Assembly: GCF_030028105.1 (NCBI RefSeq)
Contig: NC_092402.1
Coordinates: 35,262,843-35,326,842, forward strand
DNA: 64,000 nt
From: Mobula birostris
Taxonomy: Eukaryota
Direction: 5' to 3'
The notes under the pieces: model-generated
Seen by the model: only the letters and a program-made list of their open reading frames with translations
Database searches by the model: none
What the model was told of the DNA's origin: nothing
In this document: positions 1 through 14,347 of the stretch, piece by piece
Layout of the letters: the number at the start of each line of letters is the position of its first letter
How positions within the stretch are numbered: the first letter of the stretch is position 1
Made by a program: the position numbers and the translations under genes

Positions 1-2110
1 ACTGACTGGATGACATGGAGCACGTGCTCAAAGAAAATATCTTCCTCATAATAAACTAGATAAAAATGAGCTCAAGTACTTCAGCTAGTTCAACTCTTAA
101 AGCATTTCATCAGGTTTGCAATAACACCTCATTTAACATGTTAAATGAGGATTTTTGTTTTGTAGGGTCAAAGCTAAGGCAACTAATAGTGCTAAGTAAG
201 AAAGTGGACTTGGGCAGAGGATCATTTGTGATCTTAGGTAATGGAGCAGAACCCAGCCTCTTCCTGTTGTCTCTTAATTGAAACAGATGACAAAATGAGA
301 GATGTTACAGTAATGAGTCAGCTTGGAGATGTTAAAGTAAGTTTAATCCATTATGGTATTGTTACAGTTGATTCTGTACATGTAGTTTCAGTAAGACAAA
401 CAATTTTAATTGAGGCTTGGTTTTATGGAAGTTAAAATTTAATAGTTTGGGTTGCAGATATTATTTGAATATTGTATCAAAAATGTAAGCTAAATCTAAG
501 CATTTTTGAGCAATTTTCAATTGTTTTGTTTCCTCTTTTGTGTCCCTTGATGTACAAAAGTCATGTTTTCAAAAATGACCAAGAAGTTTCATTCCCTTCA
601 ACAAGATTCAGCTGCCAATCTTAAGTATTGCACACATGTGAGATATGGCAGGAACTTACTGGTGAAGATCATTTAACTGAGTTTGTTTTGCCTTAATAGA
701 CCTTTATTAATGCTAATAACATTAATTTCAATAGTAACAGTCTTATTTAAGTTGGAGGATCTAAGACTTGATCTTCCTTTCTTTACTACAGTTCAGGATA
801 AGATTTCAATGCAATGATGAACAATTGCCACAGTGTCAGAGATGAAACCTTTTGGTTCAAGGATAATACATCCTTGTAAGAGTAAGACTTGGGTTTGATG
901 CTATTAATTCTGTGAAAAGAGCATAGCCAAATGAGAACATTTGTAGATTGCAAAATTAAATGCTATTTTGGGGTGGTGTTGATTAGAAATTTAATGCAAA
1001 TGAATTGATCTTAAAATCTTGAAGCATGGGTTTCAGAATTTTCAAAGATGTGTATAGTTATTGTTGGGAAAATAATTGTCAGAATAAATCAAAAATACTA
1101 GTAAATTCCTGATTTATTTATTTTTAGTATGGAAGATATGAATTAGTACTATTCACATATTCCTGAGAATAGATGAACTAACTAATGTTTTGGTCACAGG
1201 ACCTGCTGAGAGACTGAAATTAAATTATCCCAATCTAGACTGAACTGAACATATTAATGTGATGTTTCCAAAGGCTTAAAGTTCCAGCAGTTCAAACAGC
1301 CATCTGATAAAGCTGATGACAACTGCATTTTAGAATGCATATGATTTTATATCTTGGTTCAGTGTGCAGCTTCCGGTACCCCACCAATGTGATTCACTTG
1401 CATGTCCTTTTCAATGGCCAGATATCACCGTATTTAGTGGTAGGAAGCAAATGTCAGTGTTGCCAATAATGCAACATTGAGAGCGCATCTTTTTTTAAAA
1501 AAAACCATCAAATATGCCTTTGGCACCTATGCAAAAGAGACAACAATTAACAATTAGTATCCATGAATGGTTTAAGTGTGGCATTGTAGTAACTTGACTA
1601 TAGAAAGGGTTTCTCAATATAAGGTGTAGTAACACTGGTTATTGATTATGTCAGTGTGAATTCTCCACTTGTCTTGCTCATCATACTTTTCTATTGTTTA
1701 GTACCAATTAATGGGTCTGAGAAGTTCAGCTTCAGTTATGGAGGAATGAGCCTTTTTCACTGTGTTCTTGCAGCCGGAAGTTCAACTTTGTAAATAGTTT
1801 TCAACAATGAATCACAAATTAACTATGCCACATGCACTACAATGTGCCCTTGTAATCTTTGTTTCATGTATTTCATCATGAATATCCATTATTTTTGACT
1901 CTGTACTGAACATCTGCTCAGTCACTAATGCTTTACATACAGTATAATCTCATGAATTTTGTTCATTGAATATCCTGCTATTTCATTTAGCTTGACATCG
2001 GCTTCTATTTTTGACATGCCACTACTTATTACTCCAAGATTGCGTATAGATGTAACAAATTCCATCATCTATTCATGTGCCTCATTCTTCACAGCCTAAT
2101 TTAATCCTTT

Positions 2111-2267
2111 TGTCACGTACCCCGTGATGGGAATAAAGAACCAGAGATGGAAAACACTTTGGAGTCCAGTATTACTATAAACTAATAACATTTATTAGTA
2201 ACTATGCAATACAGTAATATAAATGTAGATAAACAGGTTAGCAATGATTTATATATATATGTGTGTG

Positions 2268-2308
<41 letters not shown>

Positions 2309-3066
2309 GAAAAGCCAAGCTTCTTTAAGTCTAGGGGTAAAAAGATAGTCTTACGATGATGAGTAAAGCTCAGATCAGTTCGTGGTATTGAGTTGAAAAG
2401 TGAGTCTTTGAGTCTGGAGGTGAGCTGACGCTGTCGAGTCTCCTCGTTGTCTTCTAAACTCCTTTAAAAGTCACCGACTGTGACCACAAACAAGGGGACT
2501 GGTTTTCTGTGGTGGAGCTATCACCCAGGCAAGGGTGAACACACGGACAACTCCCCACCAGTCAACCCCTTTCCTTTTCACTGCAAGAGTGACTGAGCGA
2601 TCTGCCTGATTGATCCTCCAAAACCCCACTTTTCCTGCGGGCACAACAAAGCTCATTCAGTGTCCAAAACATGTGTCTGAGGTCTACCATCTGACCTCCT
2701 ATTTTATCTTCTGACACTCAAATAACTCCTACTTCCTTTGTCTGTGTAAGAAATGTACAAGCATGCCACGTCCTTGGGAAGTATCAACACGCTGCCGAAA
2801 ATCATAACATCGAGTGTCCATCAAATAACACCGCCTTCGGTCACCACAGCAACTTACAGGCTGCTCGGTGCCATCTCTCTCTCCAACTCAGCAGAAATCC
2901 AAAAGTTACTTCCAGTGCCTTAAAGTGACGGTCCAACAGTTAGTCTTCGTCTCTCTCTCTTCAAAACAAGATATCGATGTTAAATAACTCTCTCTCTCTT
3001 TTCAAAAACACAGTTAATAGGGGTAAACGAGCACAGTTCATAAGGGTAATTCAGGATCCCGTCACA
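2111..3066 (-). mobile_element. Solo LTR, diverged relative of the Gmr1-like LTR at 37224-38171
   Basis: Its reverse complement begins TGTGACGGGATCC and ends GGGGTACGTGACA, like the LTRs at 27072/37224/41747. Flanked by 4-bp TSD CTTT (2107-2110, 3067-3070). Internal TA/TG microsatellite at ~2250-2308. Confidence 0.9.
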
Positions 3067-4279
3067 CTTTATTTATGCTTTTTAGGTTACTACTTATTGG
3101 TTTGGTTTACATTTTCTCTCAGTATAGTCCATTCTGCAACATACACAGAACCACTGAAACTGCTATATAAATGCAAGGTTTGCCTTTTTTTTGGGCCTGG
3201 ATTAGATGTGGTATTGATGTAAGAAATTCAGCAATATCAATGATATGTTAGGGTAGGTATACTAATCTATTTTTCACAGTAAGGAATATTGTGATGCCCT
3301 GAGGGATGCAATATGAATTTGTGACACACTGAGGTATGCAGTATGCTAACATGTCTATATTGTTCAGACTTTGCAATTTGAGATTTAGTTCAATGACACA
3401 TTGAATTTCCAAATCTTGCTTCCCTAGCTACCTTAGATACACGGTGCAGCCTTTTAGTTAATGAGTAGGGTGTTCAAAGAAAATCTCATGAACTTTTGTT
3501 CTCTACCCCCTATATCCATACATGATTTGGATTACGTACAGCAGGCACCTCAAGGCAATGAAATGTAACATCAATGTCGTCCTTGCAAACTCATCCAACT
3601 TCCCCAAAAGGATAAGTGAAATAATGTACACTCACAAGCTAACTGCCTTAGAATTGATCCCTAGGTATTCATGGTCCACTACAGTACGTTAGTTACCCCA
3701 TATCCCTCATGCGTCAGATGCCAGATTCCTAAAATTGACGAGCTCTGTTCTGGGATGAGATTACCAAGAGAGCAAGAAAAATAGATTTGAGGATGTGCTC
3801 ACTTCCACTTGAAGTGCAATATTCCCGCTCTTCCTTGGCAACTTCTAGTTTGGAACTAACCTAAGTGGTTAAGGAGCATTCTGGATTATGCTGTGAATCT
3901 CAAACTATGGACAAGCAGCCCATAGGAACATGGAGTAAATGGTGGATTGTGTGAACCACCTAAAAAGCTAATTATCTACCAGCTGCTGCCGCTGCCTCAT
4001 CTGTGGAATAATATTCATTTCTGACATCAAACTCATAGCCACCACTGAGCCTGTCAAACCAGAGTGGAACAAATTATCATCGATCAGAGAACTGCTCAGG
4101 ACAGCTTTCATCTACCCATAACAGTCCCAATGCTGGAGGAGATTAACCACAATGTAATACATGTATGCCCATTTCTAACAGGAACCTAGGAATTTATAAG
4201 AGGAAAATAAATGTGAAATATTTAAATAATAAATTCTTCCTGAATAATGTGGAAGCTTCAGATTAATTGACAGACTGTG

Positions 4280-4560
4280 GAATTAAAACTAGGGATAAGG
4301 CTGTCCCAAAATAAGAATGGGCAGACAATTTAGGTCTGAAATTGAGACATTTCTTCACTCAGAAGATGGTGACATTTTGCAATATTTTACCCAGGAGCAT
4401 TGTGAAGGTTCCGTCCTTTATTGTATTCAAAATACAGCAATAGATGCTAAATATTAAAGGAAACAAGGGATATGGCGATAGAATAAAAGAAAAGTAATAG
4501 GTAAATCAGCTATGAATTTAAATAGAACACACTTGAGATGCCAATTGGATGACCTGCTCC
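4280..4560 (+). mobile_element. Old, degenerate CR1 LINE 3' fragment
   Basis: Resembles the 3' end of the CR1 copies at 25700-25970 (TTCTTCACTCAGAAGATGGTG...AAGGGATATGG). Boundaries approximate. Confidence 0.55.
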
Positions 4561-5183
4561 TTTTTTTATATATATATATGTTCAATCAAACTTGACATTA
4601 AATATCATGAAATTAAATTCTACCTTGTATTTACTTAATATAGTTCTGACTTGTACAATATTGATTTTATTGGTTATTATCAAACCAATGTGTTCTTGGG
4701 TGCAGTAAACAATCAATAAATCATCACACATAAGAGAACATTTCTGTGAAGGGATGGGGAGTTTCTTCTTTCATGTAGCTTCATTCTGCTGCTTTCCAGC
4801 TTCTCGGCTTAGCTTCCTCAGTGTCATATGGCCCCTTTACCATGTTTTGCCTTGAATGAATCAATGAGGGTCTCTACAAGCCTAAAGAAGTTCTGTGACA
4901 TTTTTTTTGTCTATTTGAAAATATCTGTTCATTTATTCCCCCATAATGTGCATGCTGTTTGAGAATGTTTTTATTAAGAAATTAATAACAATTATATTTT
5001 AAAAATAACATTAAAGCTTTAATCTGAATGTTCTAAGATTTTTATGGAAAATATAAGTTACCGGAAAAGGAAGTGACTGAGCTAATAAAGCAACTTTAAA
5101 ATGATTTATAGTAATCTAATTGTGAAAATTGTGCCTTTCTAAATCTGTTCATTCTTTTTAGATCCTTCATTAATTTCTTGCTT

Positions 5184-5456
5184 CGAGCTACAGCATGGAA
5201 CAGGCCTTTCCAGCCTAACGAGCTGCACCACCCAGCAACCTACCTATTTAACACTAGCTTAATCACACAACAATTTACAATGACCAACTAATCTACTAAC
5301 TGGTAAGTCTTTAGACTGTGTGAAGAAACTGGTGCACCTGGAGGAAACCTGCATGCTCACAGGGAGAATGTACAAACTCCTTACAGAGGCACGGAATTGA
5401 ACTCTGAAACATCTTGAGGTATAAGAGTGTTGTGCTAACCACTATGCTACCGTGGC
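5184..5456 (-). mobile_element. tRNA-derived HE1/V-SINE-type SINE
   Basis: Minus strand shows an A-box-like TAGCATAGTGG, a B-box-like GAGTTCAATTC, a V-domain-like GGTTTCCTCCAGGTGCACCAGTTTCTTCACACAGTCTAAAGAC, and a CR1-like tail GGAAAGGCCTGTTCC. Confidence 0.75.
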
Positions 5457-6321
5457 TCACTTTACTACTGGATAAGCTCTATTTCTATACTGGTGACTGG
5501 TTTAAGTGTCACCTCCCTTAATCTAAGGGGATTTGTATAATTACATGATACACCACTGACAAAGATTATAGAAAGCACTGAAATCATTAAGCATTTTCAG
5601 TATTGCAAATATTCTGTGACCTTTTTTGGAAATGCATTTTGTGATCTTATAGAGATCCTAATATTGCTGATCATACCTCTTGCTCACTCTGTTAAATAGC
5701 TTTACCACTTTATATAATTTGAAAGACCTGTGCTAAATTCAAAACTGAAGAATGTGAGATCAAAAATACCATTTTATAGATCTTTAATTTCCAAAGAAAC
5801 CTCAGGTTATTTGATGGATCTAAATGACATGTAATTCCACCTCCTGGACAAAGTCAAATATTTATTACTCGAGTTCAACAGGCCTGTAGTAAAAAAGGGA
5901 TTCTACACTGGATAAGGAAGAATGTCCAGAATCCAATCCAAGTCCAAATGAAGGCTTTCAGCCTGAAGTGTCAACTGTCTATCTTTTTCTCCCATGTCTG
6001 CTGTCTATTTCCCTTGTAGGTGCTGTCTGGCCTGCTGAGTTCCTTCAGCGTTTTGTTTTATGCATGTATAAGTCATAATTAGCCACATACTCTGGTTGTT
6101 AGGTCATCACAGATAGGTCTGCCTTTTCCATGTAACCCAATGCAAATTGTCCTTTGAATATAATCATGGACTAAAAGCTTCCTTAAATTAGGTCTGAAAG
6201 TATGATTCATTATCAGAAATAATGTTGGGAAAGGAAAAGGGTTGATACCAAATTGACTATATTTATATGCAAATTATTCTGCAAGGACCATCAGTATATT
6301 TCACCATAGCGCCTATTTTTA

Positions 6322-7060
6322 CCAGGACTGGAAAGGAAGGGGGAAGAAGCCAAAATAACGTGGTGGGGGGAGGGGAAGGAGTACAGGCTAGAAGGTGATG
6401 GGTTAAGCCTGGTGGGTGGGGGAAGGGGATAAAATATGAAGCTGGGAGATAAACTTAAAGGGCTGGAGAAGAAGGAATCTAATAAGCGAGGAGAGTGGAC
6501 CATGGGAGAAAGGGAAGAGGGGGCACTGGGGAAGGTGATGGGCAGTTGAGGTCATTTTCCATCCCCCCCCCCACCACCACCACTCTGGCTCCCCTCTTAC
6601 CTCCTCTTCTCCTCACCTGCCTATCACTTCCTGGTGCACCCCACCTCTTTCCCTTTCTCCCATGGTTCACTCTTCTCTCCTATCAGATTCCTCCTTCTTC
6701 AGCCCTTTACCTTTTCCGTCTATCACCTCCCAGCTTACTTCATTCCCACCCCACCCCCATCTAACTGGCTTCACCTATCGCCTTCTAACTTGTACTCCTT
6801 GCCCTCCCCCATCTCCTTACTCTGGCTGCTTCCCCTTCCCTTCCAGTCCTGACAAAGGGCCTTGGCTCCAAATGTCAATTGTATATTCCTTATCATAAAT
6901 GCTGCCTGACCTGCTGAGTTCCTCCAGCATTTTACATAGTTCTTGATTCTGCCACTCTGGAGGTGGGGGAGGGAAGACACCTGGTCTTGGCCTGAAACGT
7001 TGACTGTTTATTCATTTCCATAGATGCTGCCTGACCTGAGTTCCTCCAGCATTTTGTGTG
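6322..7060. mobile_element. Penelope-derived element with inverted terminal segments
   Basis: Purine-rich 6322-6550 is an imperfect inverted copy of pyrimidine-rich 6600-6850. It ends in the GCTGCCTGACCTGCTGAGTTCCTCCAGCATTT terminal motif seen on the Penelope copies at 21121 and 23683. Confidence 0.65.
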
Positions 7061-7064
7061 TGTC

Positions 7065-7370
7065 ACCCTATCCATGCCCCTCATGATTTTATACACCGCT
7101 AAGATTGCCTCTCAGTTTCTCACACCCCAGTTTGTCAAAACTCACCCTACAATTCAGTCCCTCAATCCCTGGCAATACCCTTGCCAATCTTTTCTGCACC
7201 TTTTCCAGTTTAATAACGTCTTTCCTATAGGAGGGTGACCAAAACTGAATGCAGTACACCAAGTGCTGACTCACCAAAGTCTTGTGGAACTGTGCTATAA
7301 TCTCCCAACTTCTATAGTTAGCTCCCTAACTGATGGCCAGTGTACCAGAGACCTCCATCACCGCTCTGTC
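7065..7370 (-). mobile_element. CR1 LINE ORF2 C-terminal fragment
   Basis: Minus-strand translation YCIQFWSPSYRKDVIKLEKVQKR is typical of the CR1 ORF2 C-terminus. Confidence 0.75.
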
Positions 7371-7452
7371 CACCCGTTACTACAGTACAGCGTTTGCTTC
7401 AATAAAGAATGTTGGCAAGTTTTAATGAGCTACAATAGATTTGTATTCATAA

Positions 7453-7840
7453 TGTAGGAGCCATGTATCTACTTTTTGTCTGTACTGTATTTTGTATTGT
7501 GCGTTTATTATGAGCTTCGGTAATTTGTCACGTGGGTTGGGGCGTGGTAGAAGCAAAGAAATATTGTTACGTATTCACTCTTTGTTTTACTTTAGTTGAG
7601 AGGGACTGAGCCGGGGGTGCTATTTTTTCTTTGTTGACCGCTTAATTACACTAATTTGAATGCTAATTGCTTATTTTGCTATATTGCTAATTTAGTTTAG
7701 TTAATTTCTAATGTCGCTATAAAATCATTCGTCTTTGCTGGTTTCGTAATAAAGGATTGAACGTACTTTTTTTCGACTTGGAACTCAGTTATTTGGAAGT
7801 GCCAATTCCAGTACTTAGTCTGTCAGCCTTTTTGGTTACA
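7453..7840 (+). mobile_element. Possible short solo LTR
   Basis: TGTA...TACA termini, AATAAA near 7748, and more CpG than the flanks. The TSD is ambiguous (TAAT off by one base), so confidence is low. Confidence 0.35.
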
Positions 7841-9744
7841 TAATATGCTCTGTATAAAGCACATTAAGACATTGTTACTATCTGAAAATGCCATAATTGT
7901 AACTGTTCTATGTATTTTATATAAAATTATTTTAGTGTTGTAAATGTGCCTACAGCATGTAATTCTCAAACATTCTTTTCACGGTTAAAATATAAAACAT
8001 ATAATACTTGTGCTTTGATTTTTTTTCATGAAATTTAAACTGCTCTTCATTTCAAAATCTGACTCTTACAATGCTCTTTGTCTCATTCATTCAACTCATT
8101 GCATCATCCAGCTGTAGTGGGGTAGAGGTCAGGTGCAGATTTAAAATCTGCAAACTAGATTTTATTTCTGGTCTCTTGCAATCAGAATCTTGAAGTATAC
8201 TATTAATTCAGTATTGCAAGACTGTTTGCTAACTTCACAAGCATCTAGGCTAATTTATTCTTATTTATTTTTGACTAATAAGACTATTCTGGAATAAATA
8301 TTCATCCATGAACCTAATAAACACAGGTGTCATTACTCAGTTTTATCTCTCAGCCATGAATAATCAATTTTTAATTGAATGTTGCACAGGTTTTGATCAT
8401 GTATGATGGTTGAAAGTAATAGATACTTAAATGACATAAAGTAACATTAATAATAGACAATTCTCATGTTCAAATTTATTCATGATGGAAAGTTCCTCAA
8501 TTTATTATTAAACTTAAATCTTTTTTCTGGTTTGCAGCAGTATGTGGTCTAGTGTCAGGACTAAGATGACTAGTTTCTGAGAGATTAGAAATATTCTCAA
8601 ATTCTTAGTTGATCTGAACTGCTCCCTCCTATTAATAATTTACTTGGCAGATGAATTTCGATCTGGAGATTCCCCCATCTCCATGCAAGCACTAATTTAA
8701 TCCATTTATCTAGAACTTCAGCTATGGCAATGCTGTTGTACAGATTTTTGAAAAATATGTGCTGGGTGCTTGGTAACCTCATCAGACACTCTATAGCTCC
8801 CTGAAAGTGGCAACACCAGTATGGGATTGAGTGTTAAGAAGATGTATGGGGCACCAAATATAAAAGTCAGGAAATCATCTTGCATTTGCATAAAAGGAGA
8901 TTTATAGAATCCTTGAACATTACAGCACAGAAACAGGCCTTTTGGTCCTCCTTGGCTGTGCCAAACCATTTTTCTGCCTAGTCCCACTGATCTGCAAGTA
9001 TTTGAGGCAAGTATTTTTTTTTACATAGTGGTAGTTGTCTGAAGCACATTGCCAGGGGAAATGCTGGAAACATATGATAGGAATGTTTAAGGTGCTTTTA
9101 GGCAGGCAAGTGAATGGAAGGATATTGGCCATGTTGTGGAAGATGAGCAGTTTAAATTGGTATCATGGTCAGCACAAATGTTGTGGGCCAAAGGGCCTGT
9201 TCCTGTGCTGTTCTAGTAGGCCCTTTCTTGTTAATATTTATTTAACAAGAAAACAATGCCATGCTAAAATAACTTGCTGAAATTCCTTATTAAGATAAAT
9301 ATTTTGTCAAATTCCTAGTTAAACATTAGAAAGGAAGTATTCCCTGCTGTTCCAGATATCAACAAGAGCTGTTTTAAAAAAAATACTTGTCCATCTCCAT
9401 TAAATCCCTTTTAAAACTCCTTCCTCTCAGCTGAAATGAATCCTTTTGTTTTTGATACCCCTTAACATTCCCCATCTACCCTATCTATGTTTACCTCTTT
9501 CAGCCCTTTCATCTTCAAGTACAGTCTAACCAGTGTTTTGTAAATTTGCAACATAAATATCCCAACTTTCACATTTTATCTCATAACCTATGAAGGCAGG
9601 TATGCCATACAGCCCATCTACCTGCATTGCCACTAACTGTAAACCATGGACTTAAACCCTAAGGTTCCTCTTCATCAACATTCCTCAGTATGCTTCCATT
9701 TACTGAATATATCCTAACCCTATATGACTTCAAAATGCATTGCC

Positions 9745-10160
9745 TGGATTGGAGGGTCTGAGTTATGAGTTTGGATTGTTTTCCCTGGAGAAAGAAGGCT
9801 GAGTGGTGATTTTATAGATGTCTATAAAATTATGAGTCGTAGTAGTAGGATATATAGTCTTTTTTTTAACCCCCCCCCCACCCAGCATTGGGGAATGTAA
9901 AACTCAAGAGCATAAGTTTAAGGTGAGAGGAGCAAGTTTTTCACCCAGATGTGGTGGGTGAATGGAGTGAGCTGCCACATGAAGATGTAGAGGTGGGTGA
10001 AATTAAAATACTTAAAAATATGTTTAGACAGTACATGGATAGAAAGCTTCAGAGGAATATGGTCTAAGTGCAGGCAAATTGGACTAGCTTAGATGGGGCA
10101 TCTTGGTTTGCATGAATGGTTGGGTCAAAGGGATTATTTCTGTGCTGTAATACTCTGACT
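9745..10160 (+). mobile_element. CR1 LINE 3' fragment
   Basis: Degenerate CR1 3' end (GAGCATAAGTTTAAGGTGAGAGG...GGGTCAAAGGG...TGTGCTGTA). Confidence 0.6.
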
Positions 10161-10359
10161 CTTTTACACTCTATTCCTCAAGAGACTCAGTCCCAGTGAC
10201 TTATGCCTGCTATATGTTCATTTTTTCTTCCTCATCAGATCTTTAATACCCTTTGTCACCCAAGGTTCCCTAATCTTTCTATTTTTGCCATTCTCACTTA
10301 TTGGAATATGCTCACCCTGAATTCTTACCAAGTCTCTTTTGATATGTAGAATCCTTGTT

Positions 10360-10895
10360 AGGAAAGCCTCCACGAGGCTTTAAAAGGCATTGTTCAGACT
10401 ATATTTGTTGTATTGTGAGCAGTTTTGACTCCATATCTAAGAAAGGGTCCAGAGGAGGTTTATGAGAATGTTCCCAGGACTGAAAGGGTTAACATAGGAG
10501 CCTTTGGTAGCTCAGGGCCTGTACTCGCTGACATTTTGAAGAGTGAGGGTAATCTCATTGAAACTTAATATTGAAAGGCTGAGATAGTGGATGTGGAGAG
10601 GATGTTTCCTATAGTAGGAGAGTCTAGGCTGTCCCCTTAGAACAGAGATGAGGAAGAATTTCATGAGCGAAAGGCTGGTGAATCTGCGGAGTCCATTGCT
10701 ACAGATGGCCGTGGAGGCCAAGTCATCGGGTATATCTAAAACAGAGGTTGATAGGTTCTTGATTAGTAAGGGTGTCAAATGCTACGGGGGAAAGTAGGAG
10801 AATGGGATTGAGAGGGAAAATAAATCAGCCATGATGGAATAGTGATGCAGACAATGGGCCAAATGACCTAATTCTGCTCCTGTGCCTTATGGTCT
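10360..10895 (+). mobile_element. CR1 LINE 3' fragment
   Basis: Similar to 25350-25970; ends GGGCCAAATGACCTAATTCTGCTCCT...TTATGGTCTT. Confidence 0.7.
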
Positions 10896-11148
10896 TAAAA
10901 GACTTCCTCTTGTCATTGGTTGATTTATCCATGAGCATCTGCTCCCAATCTACTTTCACCAGACAACCTCTTACACTATTGGAATCAGACAGTGCCTAAT
11001 TAAAAACCTTTCCCCTTTCCCTAATGACTTTGAAACTTAAATAATTATGGTTACTGTTTCCAAATTGCTCCCCTGCCTAACACTTTCATTACCTGCCCAG
11101 TTTCATTTCCCAAGATGTGGTCGACTACTGCCCTGTCCCTAGTTGGAC

Positions 11149-11150
<2 letters not shown>

Positions 11151-11220
<70 letters not shown>
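11151..11220. repeat. (TG)35 microsatellite
   Basis: Perfect TG dinucleotide run. Confidence 0.97.
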
Positions 11221-11223
<3 letters not shown>

Positions 11224-11629
11224 AAACAGAATGTATGCATGTATTTTTTCCTCTCAAAAAACTTTATTGAATGCACTTAGAGAAAGAATTTAAGTCCCTT
11301 ACATGAAGGCAATCCCAGTCAATACTGGAAAATGCATAATCTTCTACTGCAATATACTTAATGGGTTCCATCAACTTGGGTCCTGATTAGATGGACAAGG
11401 TAACAGTATATTGGTAGATCTTGTTAAAATTGCAAAGCAATCTGCTTTGCTAGGTCATTGACAAAGATCAAGGTTGCCTGCAGGCTATAAGCCTTCAGCA
11501 GCATGATGACATAATTTATTTCTTATAACATGATGTGTCTGGAATTGCTGAAAAATAATTGCTTTTCCAATTATTAATAAGCAGAAGTTGAGTAATTTGT
11601 GAAAAAGAGATAATATAAGTTCCAGAGTA

Positions 11630-11830
11630 ACAGATACAAAATGCTAGAGGAATTTAACAGGTCAGGTAGCATCTATAGAAATGAGAACAGTTGATATTTC
11701 AGGCTGAGATCCTTCATCATGACCTTAGTGATGAAGAACCTTGGCCCAAACTATTCTCATTTTCCGTAGATTCTAACTGACATATTGAGTTCCTCCAGCA
11801 TTTTGTATTATTCTTGATTTCCAGAAATAT
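11630..11830. mobile_element. Old Penelope-derived fold-back element
   Basis: Inverted arms ACAAAATGCTAGAGGAA... / ...TTCCTCCAGCATTTTGT. Same layout as 58415-58666 but more decayed. Confidence 0.6.
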
Positions 11831-13809
11831 TCTTTATTTCTTACATTTAAAATATAATTTCCATTTCTCCACATTTTGCTTCATGTCGTCATTAGTTTTG
11901 ATAAAAGACAGGAAGACTAACTGTGCCATCAGGTCCTAACTGGAATTGATTATGTATCATGAAATTTATAGCTTGCACAGTATTTGAGACTTAAATCTCA
12001 TCACCATTTAAGGTTGGTATATCTCATTGCATGGGTACTGCTAATGAAATGATTTATGGTCCCGACATTAAAGAAAACAAGTGAAACTGGGGGGGGGGGT
12101 CTAATTCCAGCTGATAGAGATTGTTTTTGGATAATACTTTTAAAGAGTTTTTATATTCTCCATAATATTTATGTGCCACTTTTGCAAAAATAATTTCTGC
12201 TATTTGACATTTAGAAATGCAAAGTAAATGGACTTCTTTTAGAAAATAACTTGCAGTGTTGGATATAAGTAAGAATATTTGAATATATATCTTGCTCATA
12301 ATAAACTTCCCAGGGATCAACAAATCAGCACTACACCTGGCTTATCATATACTCTTATTCTGCATATACATCACTTTTTGTTATAAACTTTTTGTCTATT
12401 CTTAATCTCCATCTTATTGCACTTTGTTCCTTTCCCTTCTCTATTTATTTGTCTACACTTAATTTTACACCAATCCACACATTCCCTTCACCAACATTTG
12501 CCCTGTTCTGTAAACTTGGTTGGTAGAGGAGAAAGGCCATTGAGCACAAAGTTGATGAATCCCAGATGTCATCTTGTGCTTTACTGGAAACCTGGATTTC
12601 TAGCAATTTTGCTGCATAAATAAAGTAGGGTTTTTCAGATGGAAGGGGGGTTGTTAAATTCATCATACTTTTGTTACAATAAAATTGTAAAGTTTATCCG
12701 CTTTTTACCACAAAGTCTGACAGCATAATTAAGTAGATTTTTTTTAGTAGTATCAACGCAATTTCTATACACAACATTGGGAAATAATTATTCAAGTAAG
12801 TATTTTGGAGGGAGCATTGATCTTTCAAATTTAAGTACATTAACACCATTGTTAAAGCCACCAAAGGGAACTTGATAAAGCGTAAGATGTTCTTAACATA
12901 ACATGGCCAACAGTAAATTTGGAATGGTTCATCAAAAATGCTTGGAATATTTTGACTGGGAAAATACAGCATACAACTTTATTACTTTTTATGTGTTTTT
13001 AATTGATGCAATTTAAATTCAGAATCTAATTTCAGATGTCATTTGAGAAAATAGTCTCGGCTCACAATGCAATAAAGCACTCCTTAATTGTTTCATATTG
13101 AAACCCAGAGGATGAACACATTGGTTGGTATTAGCAGGGGTATATCCAGATTATGTTTCAATTTGATGGAAGTACAAAAGCAATCTGTTTATAGCTGTCT
13201 GGGGAAACCTTTGGGTCAGGCAGCAAAGTTGATTCAAATTTCCTGCTGTGATCATGTTCATGTGGTGTTTAGTTTCATCCCTCTACAGAACTTAAAAATA
13301 GACCAGTAGGACTGGAAATTTGCATTTATTTTTTGTTATTGACTGAGAATCAAGGTTAAAGATCTTACCAAAATACATATAATAAAATTATTAATACTTT
13401 GAAGTGGGTCCAATATATTTATTGTCCTTTCCAAGTATAATTGTACTTTCTTATCCCTGCTCTTTTTCTTAGTTATACTTAAGACTTATAAAAATCATTT
13501 TGGCATTGTTGGTATGGCTAGAAGTTATTTCCCATCCCTAACTGCTCTTGAGAAGGGGAGGATGAGCCATCTTTTTGAACAATTGAAGGTCCCCCCACTG
13601 TAATGTTGAATTGGAGGTCTAGAACTTAGACTTGGTGACAGTGAAGAAATGCTGAACTGTTTCCAAGATGGGATGGAGTGTGACTTGGAGAGAATCTGCA
13701 GGTGGTGGTGTTCCTATTCACCTGAAACCACTTGTTCCTTTCTGGTAGAGATCATGAGTTGGGTGAGGTGCTGTGGTAGTAGGCTAAGGGAATAATTGCA
13801 GTTTCTTTT

Positions 13810-14145
13810 ATAAGTTCAAAGTATAAAGCAAATTTATTATCAAAGTAGGTATAGCAAATACAAGATTGAGATTCATTTTCTTGCGGGCACCCACAGGAAA
13901 ATAAAGAAATACAATAGAATCCATGACAAAAAACCATACATAACAAAGTCTAATGAACATCCAATAGGCAAAAGAGGACAAATTGTGCAAATAATAAAAT
14001 AAGTAAATAAATAATACTGAGAACATGATCAGCAGAGTCCCCAAAAATGAGTCCACAGGTTGTGGAGCCAGTTCAGTGTTGAGGTTAGTTGAACCCATCT
14101 AGGAGCTCAGTGGTTGTAGGGCAACAACTGTTCCTGAACCACAAT
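13810..14145 (-). mobile_element. Rex1/Babar-type LINE 3' tail fragment
   Basis: TCAAAGTA...TTTATTATCAAAGTA...GAGATTCATTTTCTTGCGGGCA, the same tail as 25976-26134. Confidence 0.6.
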
Positions 14146-14290
14146 GTAGTACTATAACTGCAACCGCAATGCATTGGTAATGAGGGGAATGAATACTTCA
14201 GGTGGCAGATTGTGTACCAGTCAACTGTGCACCCTTATTCTGGATTTTGTTGAGCTTCTTTGAATTTTGTTGGAGCTGCACTCATCCAAG

Positions 14291-14347
14291 CAGTGAAGAA
14301 TGCTCCTACAGCCATAACAGTGAAGAATGCTCCTACAGCCATAACAG
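14291..14347. repeat. 27-bp tandem duplication
   Basis: CAGTGAAGAATGCTCCTACAGCCATAA occurs twice in tandem. Confidence 0.9.

Noticed and set aside
1-2100. Possible 3' UTR of an upstream gene (LSM12 by human synteny)
   Set aside because: AT-rich and UTR-like, but no coding exon is visible, so it cannot be supported from the sequence.
5400-5456. tRNA-like A/B boxes
   Set aside because: They form the head of a SINE; no complete cloverleaf.
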